Shown one piece after another: positions 61,201 through 64,000 of a stretch of DNA of 64,000 nucleotides. Numbering within the stretch: position 1 is the stretch's first letter; each line of letters begins with the position of its first letter. Where the stretch lies: NCBI GenBank assembly GCA_965644295.1, contig CBFFRP010000124.1, forward strand, positions 28,962 to 92,961, in the 5' to 3' direction. The DNA is from Paraphysomonas bandaiensis. Lineage: Eukaryota > Protista > Chrysophyceae. A model generated the notes under the pieces. The model was not told where the DNA came from. It saw only the letters and a list, made by a program, of their open reading frames with translations, and did no database searches. The position numbers and the translations under genes are program-made.

Positions 61201-64000
61201 TAACACATTCTCCTGGTGGATTTTGTGACACTGACTATGACTGCAGTGTATGGGCAATTAAAGATTATGAGCTACCCCTCCGTTTGTGATTATCTTCGGA
61301 AGACATACCGGCAACTGCTCGCATCGAGGCACTTTCATACTTCTCAGGACAGGATATGGAGCTTGCTGTGTCTGGAGGTTCATTATCAATCTGACTCTTC
61401 ATGTGAGGCGAAGTGTTCAGTGTGATAAAGGATTCAGTGGTTTGTTTTGTGAGTATACAGCTGAGGAGGCGAGGAGTACGTACTATTATGAGAGAAGCCA
61501 ATCTGAATGAGCTAGATGGTGTCACTAGAGTGGATGGACTAACTGTGGAGCTGATTTTGGAGTGGCAACAAATTTTAGTTACACTTACGACACAATCGAG
61601 TGAACTATCTTAATGGGGCAGAGTACATGGTCTCAATATTGCTGATGCGATTTTAATAACTCTACACTGCTATCGGTGGACACATTATGAGGCATATTAT
61701 ATGCGACTCTGATAGTAGTAGATAGCATTTCATTAATATTTCAATGAATACTTTGTCATCCTCATTGGCCTCGTCGAGTATCACTCATCCTCACGTGGCA
61801 GCCTCCTCTCGCCATCAGTAGCTCATCCATCGCGTCCCGAGTTGCGTCCGCACTGGACACGTATGGGTCAAGTGTAAGGAGATCTCTGATTGAGGGCCAA
61901 CGCGGGAACCGATTTACGAAAGTCATTTCAACAAATCACAGAAGTTTTTACTCTCTTCAGTTAATAATGAAGATATTTCAATGGCAGTACTACTGTCATT
62001 TGCAAAGACGTTTGCCGGACGGCCACTTCTTCGTCTCTCCAATTTCATAGAAATAGTACACGGTACCCCTCGCGGAGTTTAAAGGTTTCATTGAGTAGTA
62101 TTCGGTCGAAGCTTTATGACAATGGGAACTACATCTGTTAGATGTGTTGCAAATGGCTATTGATGGCTCGATAAGTACACCAACGATTCTTTCAAGATAA
62201 TTATACAAAATAATAATCCTATCTACTACGGCCGAGTACAGCCGCCAGCAATACCACATTTAACGTGACTTGTGATCATGATGTGTACACCACTCACATA
62301 GTACCTCAGGTCGCCCGTCAGCTGTGAACGTCGCTTGTAATGGCACTGCTGCAGAAGAAGACACATTGTCCGGATATTTTCTCTGAACCTCATTGCCGAG
62401 TCTTGTCTACCAGAGGGAACTTCAACTGCACTGTTGACTCTTATACTGCGTGGAACACCACATGCTTGTGTCGGCTCACTCTTAGATATCAATTCGGAGG
62501 TGATGAACTGTCATCGTATGATACAAAAACCGTTCTCCCTTTCAGCGACGCGTGGATGAGACAGGACAAGAAGATTCTGCGAGAGTCGGGGTATGGAGCT
62601 CGTGAGCACGCCTGGGAGTACGTTGCTGGGCGACTTCTGCAACTGCCACTAGGTCAAGTTCGATTCACTGAGGACTCCCTAAAGGTAAAGGTATTGTTGG
62701 TTGTATCGTTGTTTGGGACAGTTTAAAAAGTACGGGATTCCTGCTGCAGGTCAAAAAGAGTATAAGCAGGCAACGTCAGCGTGGCTAGGCTCCAAAAGGG
62801 AGAAATTGTACTGTGCGATAATCCTGAGTCCAGAATGTGAATAGTGCTTCCCAAAATGCAATTACCACGGACTCAATGAAAATGCGACTTCATTCGTATG
62901 TAAAGGAAGTTTTCCCGGCAGTGTACAACACAGAATCACCGTGGAGTCGATTGTGGAGAGAGCTTAAGAGCCATCATCGTTACATAGCTCTAGTTCTCTC
63001 AAAAGACTATACGAATACTGTGAACCATAGAATTCGAGTGTTGTTGCACCTGTTAACGGCACTTTCTATGCTGATGTTTTTCCTGGCGTTGTTGTATGAC
63101 TTTGAGGTATCGTTGCATTATTATATGCCACAATGCTAATGACGTTCATATATGGTTCAGGAAGACAATGAAAATGCGAGTCTATATCACTGCCTCACAG
63201 TGCGCTACTGAGAAGTCGATGCTAGATTCTTGTCCCAGAAAGTGTGTCATGGGTTGAAGATGATGACACGGTTGGGGGATACCGTGTGTATTTGTTAGCC
63301 CTGAGGTTACTCTGAAGGTACATAGACCCCTTTTTCCATATTAGCATTGGTCTTTACATCTCGTCTGTATGTGTTCAATAGGCTATCATGATTGCCTCTG
63401 TTATATGCTCCATCTTCAGCATGTCTGGAAATGCAATTGTCGATTTTATATTCGACATTCTAGCTGCTCCCACTGCATGCTGCTCAAGGCAAATGCTGCT
63501 GAGCAAATAAACGGTCAGATCCAACGGCGTGTTGCTCAATTTGGCAGACGAGTACAAGCTATTGCTTACCATTTATCTGATCAATTTAAGAGTAGTGTGG
63601 GGACGAAGAGAAAACGTCGTCTTTCATAATGATTGAACCCACCACACGTCACCTGCCATATTCTTTGCATGCACCAGCAGTTGGCAACATTCTTCGTTAC
63701 AGTATCGTCGCAGAAGTAAATCCATCCTCTACAAATCATTGAACGTCGTTCCAGTCGTAGTCAGCGCATCAGCAGAAATACGGGTACACCTCACCCACAT
63801 TCGAGTAGTTTTCAGTCCTATTACGGCCCCCGTCCCGCGGTGCTTATGGCGGTCCGAGGTGATGGATATGGTGGCAGCAATTCCGTCGACTACTCCGTCC
63901 ATCTCAACGGATGATTTATATATAGATCTGTATTTTCGATATTGCGGAGCAAATGAAATGCCTAAGAAACCACTAGACAAAAGGATGCGTTTATGATGGC
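55273..64000 (+). CDS. Giant surface protein: signal peptide, plant-type LRRs, PSGQ/PTGE stalk, Ig/PKD-REJ-like region, Cys-rich (EGF/GPS-like) segments and TM helices; heavily frameshifted after ~57.4 kb
   Basis: MNPLILCVFVSLITLTVAS signal; LxxLxYLxLxxNSLxGxLP repeats; (PSGQ)n; AVLKFDSPTD, VLLDASGSYD..FEFRWTC, FNTPPQPGQLSV.P (REJ-like); SRLWRELKSHHRY..LSMLMFFLALLYD (TM). True 3' end unclear. Confidence 0.7.
55970..58130 (+). repeat. Coding 12-bp tandem repeat, P-[S/T]-x-[Q/E], mucin-like stalk
   Basis: CCATCTGGTCAA / CCTAGTGGACAA / CCCACAGGTGAG units with higher-order duplications. Confidence 0.95.

Overview
Intron-containing eukaryotic DNA with short GT-AG introns and compact, often divergent gene pairs. 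The gene content (PSGQ-repeat LRR/REJ protein, MLO-like EF-hand protein, Crypton-like and Harbinger-like relics) suggests a stramenopile, possibly a chrysophyte; this is inference. The left ~38 kb is housekeeping-like: FSH1-RWD-Obg GTPase fusion, HAD hydrolase, methyltransferase-like gene, URB1, TKL kinase, RPAP3, papain homolog, ECHDC1-like and MLO-like genes. The right ~25 kb is TE-rich and holds two head-to-head receptor-like genes. Main result: a minus-strand gene (51827->45944) built from tandem exon-intron cassettes. It has an N-cap, five 99-nt ankyrin exons whose variation falls almost entirely on binding-face codons, a C-cap, ten helical micro-exons, a SAM-like domain and a non-RD kinase. 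The neighbouring LRR-REJ gene shows the same binding-face-restricted variation. Second result: eight retro-insertions (seven with 7-12 bp TSDs) share one structured 3' module on different bodies: truncated LINE ends, a 1.7-kb ORF-bearing non-autonomous element, and a ~0.4-0.5 kb SINE-like element with a fixed, possibly HDV-ribozyme-like 5' end. All gene models and family calls were made by eye, without database searches. Sequence quality looks poor after ~57.4 kb.
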